A stretch of 24,000 nucleotides of DNA from Candidatus Caldarchaeum sp. (GCA_038740895.1 JAVYLK010000020.1:2581-26580), one strand, 5' to 3'. Shown: positions 8,638 through 16,971, counted from the stretch's first letter. Translations and numbers: made by a program. The notes: a model not told the origin generated them from the letters alone.

Positions 8638-9543
8638 TTATCGTTTGACAGTTTTCACCCTCCCCTCCCGGAGTATTCCCGTAGGCCTGAATGTGACGAC
8701 GAGTACAAGCAGCGCGCCGGTGAGTATGAACATCATGTTGTTGGCGTCAACAGGTAGGTTCAGAAAATCCTTGAGTATTCTAGTTCCCCTGCTGATTGTT
8801 GTGACAACCGCTGCGCCGACAAAACTCCCCAAGATCGTAGCCGGGCCGCCTAGTATGCTCATAATCCATATCTGGAGCGTGATGGCTAAGATGAACAAGT
8901 CGGGGGAAACGTATCCGACGTACTGAGAGTAGAAGCTGCCAGAGGCCCCAGCCATGGCCGAAGCTAGGCCGAACACGACAGCCTTGACAGCGGTGTTGTT
9001 CTTTCCATACATGCTGGAGGCGAGCTCGTCCTCGCGTATAGCTCTCAGTATCCGGCCGAAAGGCGAGTTGGTCAGCAGCCACCCCACCGCTGCGAAGACG
9101 GCGAAAAGAAGTAAGACGAAAACGGCCTGCCCGAAGAGGTGTGCTTCGTACGAGATGCTCCTAAAGTCTATCATGGGCGGTATGCCGCGGATGCCCAGCA
9201 CGCCGCCGGCCAGCCAACCCTCGTTCTTCAGAACCACACGTATCGTTTCAGCGAACACCAACGTGATAATGGCTAGATAGTCTCCCCTCACTCTGATAGC
9301 TGGGATTGAGATGGCGAGACCTCCAACGCCTGACAATAACATCGCCGAGGCAACCGCAGCAACAGCGGGAAAACCGTTGATGCTTAGGATGGCTGAAGTG
9401 TATGCTCCCAGCGCGAAGAAGGCGGCCTTGCCGAAGTCTATCAGCCCTGAGTAGCCGTACTCTATGTTTAGGCTGAGCGCCAGTATGCCGAAGTATCCCA
9501 CAGTGATTAAACTGTCCAGCAGGAAAAGGTCGATGTTAGTCAC
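8638..9543 (-). CDS. livM: ABC transporter permease, LivM-like (system 1)
   Basis: 301-aa polytopic hydrophobic ORF with 'NIEYGYSGLIDFGKAAFFALGAYTSA', typical of the LivM family. GTG start with an 8-nt overlap on the upstream permease. Confidence 0.85.
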   Translation of the reverse strand: MTNIDLFLLDSLITVGYFGILALSLNIEYGYSGLIDFGKAAFFALGAYTSAILSINGFPAVAAVASAMLLSGVGGLAISIPAIRVRGDYLAIITLVFAETIRVVLKNEGWLAGGVLGIRGIPPMIDFRSISYEAHLFGQAVFVLLLFAVFAAVGWLLTNSPFGRILRAIREDELASSMYGKNNTAVKAVVFGLASAMAGASGSFYSQYVGYVSPDLFILAITLQIWIMSILGGPATILGSFVGAAVVTTISRGTRILKDFLNLPVDANNMMFILTGALLVLVVTFRPTGILREGRVKTVKR

Positions 9544-10453
9544 GTCTTACCCTCTCCTTGGATAGGGTTGCGCCGAGGCCTGTGGGAAGAACTATGATAG
9601 TCGCTACCAGGATTGCGAAGGCTATCAGGGATTTGTACTCGGTTGAGAGGCCCAGCTGGACTAGGGCCACGACTCCGAAGCTCTCTGCAACTCCTAAAAC
9701 GTAGGAGGCTGTGAAGGCCCCGCTCACGCTTCCGATGCCGCCTAGTATTGAGACAGCGAACATGGGGATGAGGACATCGGCCCCAAGCTCGGGTATCACC
9801 CTGGTGTCCGCAGCCCTCAAGGTCCCGCCTAGAGAGGCCAGCATGCCCGACAGCATCCAAACCAGCACAATCACCGTGCCCGACCTAATTCCCGACAGCC
9901 TCGCCAGCACAGGGTTGCTCGCAAGACCCCTCAACGCCTTACCCAGCTTAGTCAGTCTCAGGAACAAAATCAAGGCTGCAGCAGTTGCCGCTGCAGCAAG
10001 CATCATCGACAGCCATAGAGTTGTAAGCCGGACGGGGCCGACGTCGAAAGGGGTGAAGGATTGAGTAAAAAAGTATGATTTCCTACCGGATATCTCCCAC
10101 ATCAGATACCTGAGCATTATCCCCAGACCAGCAGAAGCTATTATCAAGTGTAGAATTGAGGCTCCTCTTCTGATGAGCATTCTGAAAACCGTTAGGTACA
10201 ATCCCGAAGCGATGCCGCCCGTAATCACCATGCTCAAGCCCAGCCCGGCCCAGAAACCCAGTCCCACAACATCTGCGAAAAAGTACGTGACGAAGGCGCC
10301 TATTGCGAAAAACTCGGCGTGAGAAAGGTTTGGAAACTTCATGAGCTGATACTGGAAAGTCAGACCAACGGCTGCGAGGAAATAAATGCTGCCGGTGACC
10401 ACCCCGTTGATGAACGTCTGTAGGAGCTGAGTCTCTAGAGCCAAGCCTAGCAC
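9536..10453 (-). CDS. livH: ABC transporter permease, LivH-like (system 1)
   Basis: 305-aa polytopic ORF with N-terminal 'FINGVVTGSIYFLAAVGLTFQY', typical of LivH. GTG start. Confidence 0.85.
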   Translation of the reverse strand: MLGLALETQLLQTFINGVVTGSIYFLAAVGLTFQYQLMKFPNLSHAEFFAIGAFVTYFFADVVGLGFWAGLGLSMVITGGIASGLYLTVFRMLIRRGASILHLIIASAGLGIMLRYLMWEISGRKSYFFTQSFTPFDVGPVRLTTLWLSMMLAAAATAAALILFLRLTKLGKALRGLASNPVLARLSGIRSGTVIVLVWMLSGMLASLGGTLRAADTRVIPELGADVLIPMFAVSILGGIGSVSGAFTASYVLGVAESFGVVALVQLGLSTEYKSLIAFAILVATIIVLPTGLGATLSKERVRRD

Positions 10454-10470
10454 CGAGAGATCGGGGGATG

Positions 10471-10484
10471 ATAAAAATATTTGA
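10471..10484 (-). promoter_or_regulatory. possible internal TATA-like element between the binding-protein gene and livH-like gene
   Basis: The minus strand reads 'TCAAATATTTTTAT' in the 43-nt gap, centred ~24 nt upstream of GTG 10453. The spacing is slightly short. Confidence 0.3.
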
Positions 10485-10496
10485 TAGGAGTGTTGT

Positions 10497-11810
10497 CTAT
10501 CGGAGTTTTAGCCCCGCCACAGTGTCCCAGCTGCCTATGCTCTCAATCGTGTACTGTGCGGCTGGCTTGGCAACCCGCCATATGTCATAGTTTGCTAGTA
10601 CGGAGTCGCCGGACTGGTCCATCATCTTGTGGCCGCTGGGCCCTAGGTAGTGGTATGCAGCGGCCTTGACCTGGCTGGCTATCTTTGCGCCGTCGTAGGC
10701 TCCGGCCCTTGCAATCGCCTGCAACGCCACCATCGTGGCGTCGTATGTTGCGTCGCCGAAAAGCCCCGGATTCTCGTTGAACTCCCGCTTGTAGTCGTCG
10801 AGGAACTGTTTAGACGCCAGAGTCTCGGAAGGCGCGCTTGGGCTTGTGCCAGTCATCCTAGTCTGCAGGAGATACTCAGCGGCCTTGGCGTCGGCGAAGA
10901 ACGCCGTATCCCTCATAGCCTCCGAGCCAAAGCTCCGAATGTCGGTTAGACCAAGGTCTGAAGCCTGCTTCAAAGCCACTATCCCGCTCTCAACCCATGT
11001 AGCCCACAGAATAGCATCCACGTTGGCATTCTTTATCCTGCTCAGCTCCTCCCTGTAATCGCCCTTCTTGGGGTCGTATCTTATGCTGATGACCACGGAG
11101 TCGCCCAAGTTGGCTTTGATTCCCTCCTCGATACCGATGCCGTAGTCGTTGGAGACGACGAAAGTCGCCAGCCTCCTGACTCCCTGCGACCGTATGAGGT
11201 CGGCTAGTGCCTTGGTCTGGATTGCGTCGCTCGGAACAACTCTGAAGATGTACTGCCCTCCTACCTTCGAGATCGCGGCCGCTGTGGCCGACATGCTTAT
11301 CAACGGCACCTTCCTCTGGATAAGATAGTCTGCGATGGTCAAGACCTCGACGCTTGTGGCTGGGCCAACTATTACTTGAACGCCATTCACCTCAACCAGC
11401 TTCTTAACGGTCTCAAGAGCTTTATCGGGCAAGGCCAGACTGTCCTCAGCCATGATAGTTATTTTCGAGCCGGCAACGCCACCCCACTGGTTAACGAGTT
11501 TCTCAGCCAGCTTAGCGCCGTTAAGCATCTTTTGTCCTATCGGGCCCAGCTCGCCGCTCAAAGGCAGCATAACACCCACCTTAATCTCCTGAGGCAGCTG
11601 AGAAGTAGCCACTGTCCGCGTAACTGTCTGACCCCCAACGGTCACCGTTTCCCTCTGAATCACAGTCTGTGCTCCCGCTGCACCAGACCCAGCCAGATAC
11701 CCGCCCAAGCCAGCCACTACTCCGACTCCCACGACCGCTCCAGCTGCTGCCGCCGTGCTGATAGCTTTCCTCCGGCTGATCTTGGTTCTGGATGTTTCTT
11801 CTCTGGTCAT
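10497..11810 (-). CDS. ABC transporter substrate-binding protein, branched-chain amino acid (type I PBP, LivJ/K-like) family, Tat-like signal anchor
   Basis: The track ORF is 10497..11912. I prefer ATG 11810 because a TATA box (11832-11839) lies inside the longer ORF. The N-terminus 'MTREETSRTKISRRKAISTAAAAGAVVGVG' has a twin-arginine-like motif plus a hydrophobic anchor. The linker 'ETVTVGGQTVTRTVATS' is followed by 'IKVGVMLPLSGELGPIG'. Confidence 0.85.
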   Translation of the reverse strand: MTREETSRTKISRRKAISTAAAAGAVVGVGVVAGLGGYLAGSGAAGAQTVIQRETVTVGGQTVTRTVATSQLPQEIKVGVMLPLSGELGPIGQKMLNGAKLAEKLVNQWGGVAGSKITIMAEDSLALPDKALETVKKLVEVNGVQVIVGPATSVEVLTIADYLIQRKVPLISMSATAAAISKVGGQYIFRVVPSDAIQTKALADLIRSQGVRRLATFVVSNDYGIGIEEGIKANLGDSVVISIRYDPKKGDYREELSRIKNANVDAILWATWVESGIVALKQASDLGLTDIRSFGSEAMRDTAFFADAKAAEYLLQTRMTGTSPSAPSETLASKQFLDDYKREFNENPGLFGDATYDATMVALQAIARAGAYDGAKIASQVKAAAYHYLGPSGHKMMDQSGDSVLANYDIWRVAKPAAQYTIESIGSWDTVAGLKLR

Positions 11811-11831
11811 GCTGGTCTTAGCTTTTTTAGG

Positions 11832-11839
11832 AAATATAA
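11832..11839 (-). promoter_or_regulatory. TATA box for Liv-like operon 1
   Basis: The minus strand reads 'TTATATTT', centred ~26 nt upstream of ATG 11810. Confidence 0.5.
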
Positions 11840-12023
11840 GGCTTATGCTTGGTCGACAAAATTCAGCAGGCCACTGTCGGATAACCTGGTTTGGCGCACG
11901 CGCCGAGAGCACCAGGAGCTAGATCCTTAATGCCCCCGCATCGGCTCATACACAACCGGTAGACAGCGTTGCTTGTTATTCCACTAGCTCCCTGCAGCAA
12001 GCACGCCACCCATTTGTGAAAAC

Positions 12024-12032
12024 ATATTTATA
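12024..12032 (+). promoter_or_regulatory. TATA box for Liv-like operon 2
   Basis: 'ATATTTATA' is centred 28 nt upstream of ATG 12056. Confidence 0.5.
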
Positions 12033-12055
12033 CCTGCACGCAAAATTAGTCGAAC

Positions 12056-13384
12056 ATGGTCAGGCAGGCGGCTGTTTCAAACACTGTCGCCGCAGTTTTG
12101 ATGGTAGTTCTACTCGCTGCAGGGTTTGCTGGCGGATACTTTACCGCTGCGTTTACGGGGACGGGCCAGACGGAAATAGCGACAAAAACGGAATACGTGA
12201 CCGTTGGAGGAACAGTGACCCAGAGAATAACGATAACAGCCACAACGACTGTTGGACAAACTTCAGGCCCACCTCTAAAGATCGGTATGACAATCTCCAA
12301 GGACGGGTTGTTCGCGCCTCTGACGAGCGGGTATGAGAGCTTCAACAGGGAGTGGCTCAACTGGGTCAACAACGTGAGGAAAGGCGTCTATGTCAGAGAT
12401 CTTGGTGTGAGGGTTCCGGTTGAAATCATCATGTACGATGACAGGAGCCAGCCAGACCTAGCTATCCAACTCTACACAAAGCTCGCCACAGAGGACAATG
12501 TGCACATACTGGTGAGTCCCTACAGCGCCGACATAGGGATACAGCTAATCCCAACCGTCGCTGAGAAATACCGAGTGCCGATGATAATGGCGGAAGCAAG
12601 CACCAAGGACATGTGGAACAAGGGCTACAAGTACGTCGTCACCTCGATGGTTCCGTACTGGGAGGACAACCAGAACGGATGGTCAGCATCATACTTCGAC
12701 CTGCAGGCAAATACAAAATGGGCTAAAACAATAGCGTTCGTCGGCTGGGACATAACATGGGCAATCGACACCTACAACAGCGGAAAATCCCTCGCGAGGA
12801 AAGCCGGTCTCGAAATAGTTTACGACCAGCTGCTCACCCCCGGGACCACAGACTTCTCGGGAGTCATACGTGAGCTGAGGAGGATAAACCCCGACATCGT
12901 GTACCTTGCGATGTTCGGGCCGGTCAACGCTCTGTTCATAAGGCAGGCTGCGGAGGCAGGCTATTCGCCGAAAGAATACCACGTCATCGAATACGGCGCC
13001 GGGTTCGTCAAAAGCCTCGGACAGCTGTCCGAAAGAGTAACTAGCGAGATCTTTTGGACCCCGTCGTTCAAGTACTATCAGTCAGACCTCCTCGTAGACC
13101 TTATGAACAAAGCTGGACTCAGCTGGGTTGACTGGCAGTGGACGGAGCTGAGGATGATCATATTCCAGATGATTATCTCAGCTGTTGAGGAGGCTGGAAA
13201 GCTGGACCGGGAGGCGATAAACACCGCTCTACACAACCTGCAAATAATGACGGTTAGCGGCCCGCTGATAATAGGTCCTCAAGGCTACGGCAACATCGGA
13301 CTGGTCGCCATCCAGATACAGAACGGCAGGATACAGACAGTGTGGCCGAGAGACCTAGCGAACGCCACCTACCTCCACCCCTAA
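12056..13384 (+). CDS. ABC transporter substrate-binding protein, branched-chain amino acid (type I PBP) family, N-terminal membrane anchor
   Basis: 442-aa ORF with anchor 'AAVLMVVLLAAGFAGGYF', Thr-rich linker 'TEYVTVGGTVTQRITITATTTVGQTS', then 'LKIGMTISKDGLFAPL' and a PBP-like body. Confidence 0.85.
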   Translation: MVRQAAVSNTVAAVLMVVLLAAGFAGGYFTAAFTGTGQTEIATKTEYVTVGGTVTQRITITATTTVGQTSGPPLKIGMTISKDGLFAPLTSGYESFNREWLNWVNNVRKGVYVRDLGVRVPVEIIMYDDRSQPDLAIQLYTKLATEDNVHILVSPYSADIGIQLIPTVAEKYRVPMIMAEASTKDMWNKGYKYVVTSMVPYWEDNQNGWSASYFDLQANTKWAKTIAFVGWDITWAIDTYNSGKSLARKAGLEIVYDQLLTPGTTDFSGVIRELRRINPDIVYLAMFGPVNALFIRQAAEAGYSPKEYHVIEYGAGFVKSLGQLSERVTSEIFWTPSFKYYQSDLLVDLMNKAGLSWVDWQWTELRMIIFQMIISAVEEAGKLDREAINTALHNLQIMTVSGPLIIGPQGYGNIGLVAIQIQNGRIQTVWPRDLANATYLHP

Positions 13385-13389
13385 ATCTC

Positions 13390-14274
13390 ATGTTTTCCCT
13401 CCTTCTTTTTCTAGAATCGTTAATAGACGGTCTAGTCCTCGGCGGTATTTACGCTGTAATAGCTTTAGGACTGTCCCTAATCTACAGCGTTGCAGGCGTG
13501 CTCAACATATCGCACGGAGACTGGGTAATGCTAAGCGGGATGACGGCGTTCGTGCTGTTTTCATCGCTAGGCTCACAGCCCCTAGGATACCTCCAGTCAT
13601 ACTTGGCTGTTGTCCCCCTGTTCTTCGCCACGGGCCTGCTTTTTTACCTCGGCCTGATAAAGCCTGTCTCAAAAAGGCCCAAGCAGGAACTGCTGATAAG
13701 CTGCATCCTCATCACCTTAGGAGTATCATTCATCTTACAGGACGTAGCAGCCACCTCATTCGGCACCTTGCCTAAGAGCATCTATCTCGGCCTCAACCCC
13801 ATCACCTTCATCGGCATATCAATACCGTTCTTTAGGTTCGCAACCTTCATCCTCGTGGTCGCAGCAACGTTATCAATATGGCTTTTCCTGCGGAGAACGA
13901 TGACCGGCCGAGCCATGCGCGCCATCACGTACAACGTCGAAGTCGCGTCGTTCCTCGGAATACCCATCACCAGAGTTGCTGCCATAACCTTTGGGCTGGG
14001 AACCATGTTGGCCGCAGTGGGCGGGCTGATTTATCTCGGTAACGGTTTCCCGATAACTCCCTTCATAGGTATCTCCATCACAGTCAAGGCTCTGACCGTC
14101 CTCGTTGTGGGTGGGGCGGGGAAGCTGATCGGCTCCCTCGTCGGAGGCTTGGTACTCGGATTATCCGAAACACTCACAGGCGTGTTCATCTCATACTACT
14201 GGTCCCCAGCCATAGCAATCGTTCTCCTGCTAGTGGTTCTGATGGTGAGGCCGACCGGCCTCGTGAGTGAGTAG
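13390..14274 (+). CDS. livH: ABC transporter permease, LivH-like (system 2)
   Basis: The track ORF starts at 13342 inside the upstream gene. ATG 13390 lies 5 nt after the upstream TAA and gives 'MFSLLLFLESLIDGLVLGGIYAVIALGLSLIY', a typical LivH N-terminus. Confidence 0.85.
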   Translation: MFSLLLFLESLIDGLVLGGIYAVIALGLSLIYSVAGVLNISHGDWVMLSGMTAFVLFSSLGSQPLGYLQSYLAVVPLFFATGLLFYLGLIKPVSKRPKQELLISCILITLGVSFILQDVAATSFGTLPKSIYLGLNPITFIGISIPFFRFATFILVVAATLSIWLFLRRTMTGRAMRAITYNVEVASFLGIPITRVAAITFGLGTMLAAVGGLIYLGNGFPITPFIGISITVKALTVLVVGGAGKLIGSLVGGLVLGLSETLTGVFISYYWSPAIAIVLLLVVLMVRPTGLVSE

Positions 14275-15238
14275 AGTGGATAAACGTCTAGCCTTTCTCT
14301 GGGGAATAGTGTTATGGTCAGCGGTCCTACTGGGATTTTTTTCTCCACCCTACTATCAGAGCTTGTTGATTTTTCTGTTCATCTACGGAACACTTGCACT
14401 CAGTTACGACATAATGGGCGGACTTCTAGGATACATGAACCTAGGCATCATAATATTCTACGGAGTCGGGGCCTACGTTTTCGCTCTAACCATAAACTAC
14501 CTCCACAGCTTTCTCAGCGAGCTAGCCGTACTTTTTATCGCAGCAGCCTCATCTTCGGTAGCAGTGTGTGCACTGGTCTCGTTAACGTTGAGCTATCCTC
14601 TGTTCAGAGTGAAGGGGTTTTATTTTGCAGTCATAACTTTAGGGCTGATTGGGTTTGTCAACCTACTGGTAAGTTCCCCAGAGCTATCGCCGCTGACAGG
14701 TGGGTTTTCCGGAATTTCAATCAAGAGTCAAGTCACTCAGTATGGCAGCCAATTGGTCTCATACTTCCTAGCCCTCGCCGTCATCACCATCGGGGCAGTC
14801 GTATACGTCTTGGTGAAAAACAGCTCCTTGGGGCTTTTCTTCAGCTGTATCAAAGAAGACGAGGAGGCTTCTGAATGTACTGGAATAAACCTCTTCCGCG
14901 TCAAGCAGACTGCGTTTATCATCAGCAGTGTTTTAGCGGGATTGGCTGGAGTTGTGTACATGTGGTCTCAAACCTACACAAACCCCCGCTTCGTGTTCTC
15001 GATTGACTTCGCCTTTTTACCCATAACGATGGCTTTGTTAGGCGGGTCGGGGACTTTGGTCGGCTCATTCATAGGCGCGGCAATATTCACCGTCGTGTAT
15101 CAGCTCTTGATCATTAACATGCCCTCGCTCACCAAGTCGGTGATAGGCCTTGTTTTGATAGGGGTTGGGCTGGGGGCTTCGCATGGCTTAATCGGTTTAA
15201 GCAGGAAGGTCTTTAGCCGCCTACAAAATATTTCTTGA
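14267..15238 (+). CDS. livM: ABC transporter permease, LivM-like (system 2)
   Basis: 323-aa polytopic ORF with a GTG start overlapping the upstream gene by 8 nt. It carries 'LSYDIMGGLLGYMNLGIIIFYGVGAYVFAL', a LivM-type motif. Confidence 0.8.
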   Translation: MSRVDKRLAFLWGIVLWSAVLLGFFSPPYYQSLLIFLFIYGTLALSYDIMGGLLGYMNLGIIIFYGVGAYVFALTINYLHSFLSELAVLFIAAASSSVAVCALVSLTLSYPLFRVKGFYFAVITLGLIGFVNLLVSSPELSPLTGGFSGISIKSQVTQYGSQLVSYFLALAVITIGAVVYVLVKNSSLGLFFSCIKEDEEASECTGINLFRVKQTAFIISSVLAGLAGVVYMWSQTYTNPRFVFSIDFAFLPITMALLGGSGTLVGSFIGAAIFTVVYQLLIINMPSLTKSVIGLVLIGVGLGASHGLIGLSRKVFSRLQNIS

Positions 15239-15929
15239 CTACCTCACTCATCCGCAACTCGTTGACAGGCCCCTCCATCCTGACTTTTCCAGCCTCCAGA
15301 AGATAAGCTCTGCTCGCCAGCCGGAACGCCCTGCTGACATCCTGCTCAACCAACACAACGCTCAGATTAGTTGAGCTAACTAGTTTCTCCAACATAGCGT
15401 AGAGGTTTTGGACAGCTATGGGCGACAGTCCAGTGGAGGGCTCGTCGAGCAGAATGACCTTCGGCTCAGCCATCAGAGCTCTACCCAAAACAAGCATCTG
15501 TTTCTCGCCGCCGCTCAAAGTAGCTGCCGGCTGCCGGCTTTTCTCTCCGAGGACTGGGAAAAAATCGTAAACTCTCTCAAGACGCTTCCTAAGATCCGAC
15601 CGATGCCAGTATGCTCCGACTGAAAGATTCTCGAGAACTGTCAAGTTCCCGAAAACCCCGCTTCCGTCGGGCACGTACACTAATCCCTTTCGCACGAGTT
15701 TGTGTGGCGCTATGCCGTTTATGACCTGGTTTTGGTATATCACGTGTCCGGCGAACGGTTTTATGATTCCGGCGATTGTTTTGAGCAAAGTGGTTTTGCC
15801 GGCGCCGTTTGGTCCTATCACCGCCACAATCTCGTTGGCCTCTAGCCTCATGCTTATGTTCCAAAGAACCTGAAGCTTTCCGTATCCCGAGTTAAGACCA
15901 GAGACTTCAAGCAGAGCCAAACTGGCCAC
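15213..15929 (-). CDS. livF: ABC transporter ATP-binding protein, LivF-like (system 2)
   Basis: 'LLEVSGLNSGYG', Walker A 'GPNGAGKTT', signature 'LSGGEKQML', Walker B 'VILLDEPSTG' and C-terminal 'KKYFVGG'. GTG start. Confidence 0.9.
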   Translation of the reverse strand: MASLALLEVSGLNSGYGKLQVLWNISMRLEANEIVAVIGPNGAGKTTLLKTIAGIIKPFAGHVIYQNQVINGIAPHKLVRKGLVYVPDGSGVFGNLTVLENLSVGAYWHRSDLRKRLERVYDFFPVLGEKSRQPAATLSGGEKQMLVLGRALMAEPKVILLDEPSTGLSPIAVQNLYAMLEKLVSSTNLSVVLVEQDVSRAFRLASRAYLLEAGKVRMEGPVNELRMSEVVKKYFVGG

Positions 15930-16638
15930 CTAGGTAGACCTGCAGAACATCGGTATTCTTCACTATTTCATGAGGCGTCCCCTCAGCCAGTTTAGTGCCT
16001 AGATGCAGGACGAAGACCCTGTTGGCGAGCTTCATCAAAGCTGAAACGACGTGCTCGACGATCACAAACGCGACACCCTCCTCTCTCAGAAGTTTTATGT
16101 CTTCGGCAAGATCGTTAATCTCTTCTTCAACGAGGCCTGCGAAGGGTTCGTCCAGTAAAACAAGTTTAGCGCCCCCGACGACGGCCTTACCAAGCTCCGT
16201 TTTCTTCCGTACGATGAGGCTGCATTCTGAAACTGCCTCGTCGGCGTATGGCTTCAGCCCAAGTAATTCGATGATTCGCATCACCTCTGCCGATACTTTT
16301 CTGCTTTCGACTCTAAGGCGGGCAGCGACCCTGATGTTTTTCTCCACAGTCAGGCTGTGGAAAGGCCTGACGTTTTGAAAGGTTCTACCCACGCCCATCC
16401 TGAAGCGTGCGTGGGGCTTTGTGCGTGATATATCCAGCCCCCCTAGATAAATCTGACCCCGGTCCTGAGCTAGGTTCCCTGTCAAAATGTTCAACAGAGT
16501 TGTCTTCCCAGCTCCGTTGGGGCCTATCATCCCCAGTATATCATTCCTAAAAACCTCCATGTCTACGTCTCGCAGCACAACTTTCTTGCCAAAGCTTTTC
16601 TGAATGTTCTTGGCGACCAGCAGCTTCAAGTTGTTCAT
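15907..16638 (-). CDS. livG: ABC transporter ATP-binding protein, LivG-like (system 2), degenerate signature motif
   Basis: Walker A 'GPNGAGKTT', Walker B 'LVLLDEPFAGL', H-loop 'VIVEH' and C-terminal 'VLQVYLGG'. The position of LSGGQ reads 'CSLIV' (16210-16224). Confidence 0.9.
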   Translation of the reverse strand: MNNLKLLVAKNIQKSFGKKVVLRDVDMEVFRNDILGMIGPNGAGKTTLLNILTGNLAQDRGQIYLGGLDISRTKPHARFRMGVGRTFQNVRPFHSLTVEKNIRVAARLRVESRKVSAEVMRIIELLGLKPYADEAVSECSLIVRKKTELGKAVVGGAKLVLLDEPFAGLVEEEINDLAEDIKLLREEGVAFVIVEHVVSALMKLANRVFVLHLGTKLAEGTPHEIVKNTDVLQVYLGGQFGSA

Positions 16639-16832
16639 GTGTTGCTATGCTGATTATTTAAACGCTTTTTGGAAAACATTAGGACAGTAGTCTCCGATAA
16701 CCTCATGACGGATTAAACACGCTCCTACAACCCCAGACCAAGCTGCTCCACCTGTAGGAAACAACTGGGTCTCTGGGCCTTTCAATTACGTCCTTCATCC
16801 AACAGTGTTCAGAATAAGCAGCTCCGCGAGTG

Positions 16833-16947
16833 TGCGGGGGGTGGGATTTGAACCCACGAACCCCTACGGGACAGGGGCCTGAACCCTGCGCCGCAAGCCT
16901 CGCCCAGCTTAAGCCGAGCCTATTTGACCAGGCTTGGCGACCCCCGC
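16833..16947 (-). tRNA. tRNA-Leu(CAG) with a ~29-nt non-canonical intron in the D-arm region
   Basis: The reverse complement folds as follows: acceptor GCGGGGG/CCCCCGC; D-arm GCC..GGC with an AGCCTGGTCAAA loop; anticodon arm CAGGG-TTCAGGC-CCCTG (anticodon at 16879-16881); long variable arm TCCCGTAGGGGTTC; T-arm GTGGG-TTCAAAT-CCCAC; discriminator A. An extra ~29 nt (about 16893-16921) lies between the D-loop and the 3' D-stem. CCA is not encoded. Confidence 0.85.
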
Positions 16948-16971
16948 CTCCACCCGTCAACCCCACGGTTG

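Noticed and set aside
10497-11912. Long form of binding protein 1 starting at 11912.
   Set aside because: The extension contains the TATA box (11832-11839) and has no signal-peptide character. ATG 11810 gives a Tat-like signal directly.
12016-12372. Track ORFs 12016..12336 (+) and 12046..12372 (-) overlapping the 5' end of binding protein 2.
   Set aside because: They are out-of-frame or antisense shadows of a well-supported CDS. The + one would start upstream of the mapped TATA-to-ATG spacing.
16732-16777. Imperfect hairpin (CCCAGA ... TCTGGG) in the 194-bp spacer between livG2 and tRNA-Leu, considered as a small RNA, plus C/D-box-like strings here and at 2815-2825.
   Set aside because: The stem is only ~6 bp with a long loop. 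There is no paired C (RUGAUGA) and D (CUGA) box at sRNA spacing and no ACA/K-turn features.
16902-16916. Perfect palindrome GCTTAAGC inside the tRNA-Leu insert.
   Set aside because: It is simply the apex of the intron hairpin (loop TTAA). It is too short to signify anything else.
16703-16966. 87-aa minus-strand track ORF.
   Set aside because: It is almost entirely coincident with the tRNA-Leu gene (16833-16947). Its Gly/Arg/Pro-rich translation is a by-product of GC-rich tRNA sequence.
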